Positions 60,484 to 64,000 of a stretch of 64,000 nucleotides of DNA are shown here, in pieces. Under the pieces are notes generated by a model. It did not search any database. It was not told the origin of the DNA and worked only from the letters and a program-made list of their open reading frames with translations. The position numbers were made by a program, and so were the translations under genes. Numbering within the stretch: the stretch's first letter is position 1; each line of letters starts with the position of its first letter. The DNA is from Azolla caroliniana (lineage: Eukaryota; Plantae; Polypodiophyta): contig JBHGNT010000012.1 in the NCBI GenBank assembly GCA_043228905.1, forward strand, positions 5,146,001 to 5,210,000, in the 5' to 3' direction.

Positions 60484-63400
60484 TGTTGGAGACAAGGCCG
60501 TCAATGCGGAAGATCTGATAGCATTCGATTGGGGTTGAATACCTGCGTATGACAGAATCGAAGATCGTGTGCGACAGAGATAGAGAGAGAGAGAGAGAGG
60601 GGAGGCACAAAAGACTCTTTCTATTCAATAGAAACAAATAATACAACCAACCTTACAAAAAGGTTACAAGGTCACTATATATAGTGACCGACTTAGGGCA
60701 ACTACCATTTATGCTAATTACACAAATGGCCCAAACTTGATCTATACAAAGGGATAGTGTGAATACGTCCATTATACACTTGTATTCGACACTCCCCCGT
60801 AATGGGCGTATACATGGGTTATCTAAGATTACAGGTATAAACCTAGGTTCTCGGACATATCAGTTTTGTTCGAGTCGGCAGGGTCCGAAGGCAGAAGACC
60901 GGACTGGTCGGGTCGGAAGAGTTGAAGCCGATCATTAGGGAACTGATGTCGGTTGTCTGAAACCATCCTGCGCTGTGTCCGGCTCTAACCGGACTGGTTT
61001 GTCGTTACGCCCATCTGATGCCGAAGGGACCGAAAGCGGTCTGCCGAAAGACACTTGGTCATTCCATCTGCGACATTGTCGGTTGTGGATATTTTCTCTA
61101 GACCGATTTTCCCTGAAATGACGCAGTCCCGAACGAAGTGATATCGAACGTCGATATGTTTGGAGGCGTTGTGGTGAACCGGATTTCTCGACAAGGCAAC
61201 AACACCTTGACTGTCGCTATAGACAACTGGAGCCGAGTCATGGTCGACCTGCCGAAACGTGTGCGCCAGCCGGCCGAGCCACAAAGCTTCTTTTGCAGCG
61301 TCGGACGCAGCTACATATTCTGCTTCGGTCGTTGAGGTCGCTGTGCACTCCTGAAGTTTCGACTTCCACGAAATTGCTCCATTGCCGAATTTGAAGCAGT
61401 ATCCGGTTGTTGATTTCCGACTGTCTATACAACCGGCGAAGTCCGAGTCGGTGTAACCGACTACGCCTGAGGTTGAGTTCGGACCGAAAAGAATGCCGTG
61501 ATCTTTTGTGCCAGCCAGATATTTGAACACATGCTTGACTGCGTTCCAATGCGATCGGCCAGGATTGTGCATAAATCTGCTAACGACTCCTACGGCATGA
61601 GAGATATCAGGCCGTGTCGCGACCATCAGGTACATAAGGGAGCCGACTGCCAGTGCATACGGTACCGACTTCATATCTTCCCCCTCCGGACCGGATGTCG
61701 GGCAGTCTCGCTGAGAGAGCCGAAGATTCATGGGGAGCGGGGTTGAAGCAGATTTGGCTGATTGCATGTTGAAGCGTTCTAAGACACGTCCGATATAGTC
61801 GGTCTGAGACAAAAAAAGATGTCGTTTATCGCGATGCCGACTAATCTTCATGCCAAGTATGTGTCGTGCCGGACCGAGGTCCTTCATGGCAAACTTCAAC
61901 CGCAGTTGCCGAATGAGATCGGCAAGTTCGCCCGCGTGGCGTCCAGAAATTAGCATGTCGTCCACGTAAATGATGAGGAAGATGGGTGATCCATCTTGAG
62001 CTGTGTTGGTAAAAAGACAATGGTCCTCATCGCTTTTTGAGAAGCCGATCGATTGGATGAAGTCGTCGAACTTCTTGTACCATTGTCGCGGTGCCTGTTT
62101 GAGGCCGTATAGACTCTTCCTGAGTCGGTAGACTAGATGTTCTTGGCCAGTTGCCACGAAGCCTTTTGGCTGCTCCATATAAATTTCCTCTTCAAGATCA
62201 CCATGGAGGAAGGCTGTTTTGACATCTAGCTGAATCAGCTCCAAGTTGTCGGCTGCCACTACGCCGAGTAGAAAACGAAGGGTTGTCATTTTCACCACTG
62301 GTGAAAAAATCTCGTCGAAGTCGACGCCATATTCTTGTCGGAAGCCCTTTGCAACTAATCTGGCCTTGTACTTTGGGGTGGTCGAATCAGACGTCTCTTT
62401 TAGTCGATAAACTCACTTGCAAGGAAGAGCACGTCGATTCTTAGGTAATTCGACCAGATCCCAAGTCTTGTTTGCTCGAATGGAGTGCATTTCCGACTCC
62501 ATCGCCAGATGCCAGGTGGCTGAATCGACAGATGTCGATGCTTCTTCGTAAGACGTCGGTTCGCCGGCGTCGGTGAAGAAAATTCCAGGAGAATACCTCT
62601 CCGGAGGTTGCGACAGTCTCTCGGATCGTCGAGGTATGATTGGACTGGTCGCATCGGGTATCGAGGTCGGATGGTCCGAAAGCGAATTATTCTGCTGTGC
62701 CGAGTCAGAGTTGTCCGAGTCGGTGGTGTAAGGTTCAGCTACCCGTGAAGCTGACCGTGTGTTAAGAGCGGGGCCTTCTTGAAGGGTTGGCACATCGGAA
62801 AATGTTACCCTTCGGACTTCGATCGGTTTTTCGACTGATGGATTCATAGCCGACTCGTTGAACACAACGTCCGAACTTCGAACGATTTGTCTGCGTTCGG
62901 GGTCCCAGAGTCGGTATCCCATTTCGCCGTCTGATCCATATCCAAGGAAAATGCATTTCCTGGACCGAGGTGCAAGTTTTCGGCGATCATCTTTCGGAAT
63001 AAGGGCGTAGGCCTCGCATCCGAAGATCCTCAGCTTGTCGTAATTCGGCTTACTGCCGATCCATAGTTCCTGAGGAATTTGAAGTCCTAGAGGTCTGCTT
63101 GGCGACATATTGATTATGTGTACTGCCGTGAGTAGAGCCTCTGCCCAGAAGCCATCCGACAGTCCGGAGTGTTGGAGCATGGAAACTATCCGTTCTTGGA
63201 TTGTCCGATTCATGCGTTCTGCAATCCTGTTTTGCTCCGGACTGTGTGGTGCCGTAAATTCACGTCGGATGCCGCGTTGTCGGCAGAATTTGACGAATTC
63301 TTCTGATTTGAACTCTCCCCCATTGTCGGTCCGAAAGCATTTCAGTTTTCGGTCAGTTTGATTTTCTACCATAGCGAGCCAATCGGAGAAGATCGAGAAG

Positions 63401-64000
63401 ACACGATCTTTGGTGCGAATTGGATAAGCCCACACCTTTCGAGTCGAATCGTCAATAAAACTGACGAAGTAAGAGGCACCGCCGAGAGACTGATGCGGCA
63501 TTGGGCCACAGACGTCCGAGTGGACTAAATCGAGAGGTCTCGTTTCTCTTGGTGCTGATGTCGGGTGTGATGCGGCTGCTTGTTTGCCATACTGGCAATG
63601 TTCGCAGAATTGATGGTCCGAGAAGGAGAGTTTAGGGATGTATCCGGCTCTAGATAGGTGCGTAATGCCGGCCTTGCTGAGGTGTCCTAATCTTCTGTGC
63701 CATAGTGATGACACAGGAATATCCACCAAAAACAGGTTACCCTCTCTGAGCGTAACGTGTAACGGATACAGTGAGTGTATCTTGGGTCCTCTAGCAAGCA
63801 GGAGGTTCCCCCTGTGGAGTGTCCACCCTCCCGAAGAAAAACCGGCACGAATGCCGTCTTCATCTAGTTGTCCGACTGAGATCAATGGCCTTGAGAGCTC
63901 GGGTACATGTCGGACATTGTGAAGTACAAGTGTAGAGCCACCTGCAAGGTTGAGCTCTACTGTGCCGATTCCAATGATGTCACAGTGTTACGAGTTGCCG
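60484..64000 (-). mobile_element. Ty1/Copia element G (Tnt1/Tork-like) nested in Copia D, continues beyond window
   Basis: 3' LTR 60484-60791 (TGTTGGA..TTCGACA). PPT ACGGGGGAG at 60792-60800. Confidence 0.92.
60985..63990 (-). pseudogene. Copia G pol (integrase, RT, RNase H), nearly intact with an in-frame TGG>TGA stop at 62413
   Basis: LWHRRLGH..CEHCQYGK, VHSDVCGP, RTDNGGEF, AERMNRT, QLDVKTAFLHGDLEEEIYMEQP, IYVDDML, YTDSDFAG, KHIDVRYHFVR. Confidence 0.93.

Larger units (their letters stand above)
42393..64000 (-). mobile_element. Ty1/Copia element C (own sequence 42393-44300 and 55461-55794, RT/RH deleted, hosts nested elements, 5' end outside window)
   Basis: 3' LTR 42393-42856 (TGTTAAGA..TCTCAACA) containing (TG)n at 42474-42510. 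PPT 42857. Integrase fragments 43204-44300 resume at 55461 (QVCEACQL, WHKRIG). Confidence 0.85.

Noticed and set aside
5870-64000. All five Copia elements lie on the - strand
   Set aside because: Small, non-independent sample that is compatible with chance.

Overview
This is eukaryotic (land-plant) nuclear DNA. A fern or other seed-free plant is inferred from the Tcn1-type chromoviruses and the PLS-PPR gene. A gene island (~22-41 kb) holds a 6-exon chloroplast outer envelope pore gene (OEP37, +), an intronless PLS-E PPR gene (-) and a two-FAS1-domain fasciclin-like arabinogalactan protein gene (FLA15-18 type, -). Two nests of retroelements flank the island, and most boundaries can be read from TG..CA termini and target-site duplications (TSDs). 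Left nest: a decayed L1-type LINE interrupted by a Gypsy element (whose LTR carries a very young 2.1-kb non-autonomous element) and by Copia A, which contains Copia B, which in turn contains a solo LTR and an LTR fragment. Right nest: Copia C contains chromovirus E (which contains chromovirus F) and Copia D (which contains Copia G). The most interesting signals are non-coding. (1) Three sequence-divergent chromovirus-type LTR families all carry an antisense tRNA-like A-box/B-box module at the outer edge of U3. (2) These families lack a tRNA primer-binding site (PBS) and show covarying Tf1-like self-priming complementarity, with a U3 anti-primer hairpin in two of them. (3) Two of them have heat-shock element arrays and a G_UUA_AAC plus pseudoknot -1 frameshift signal. 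(4) The non-autonomous element has replaced its coding region with ~18 tandem bulged hairpins. (5) All five Copia elements enclose the polypurine tract (PPT)/U3 junction in a stem-loop. Everything was read by eye and no database searches were run.
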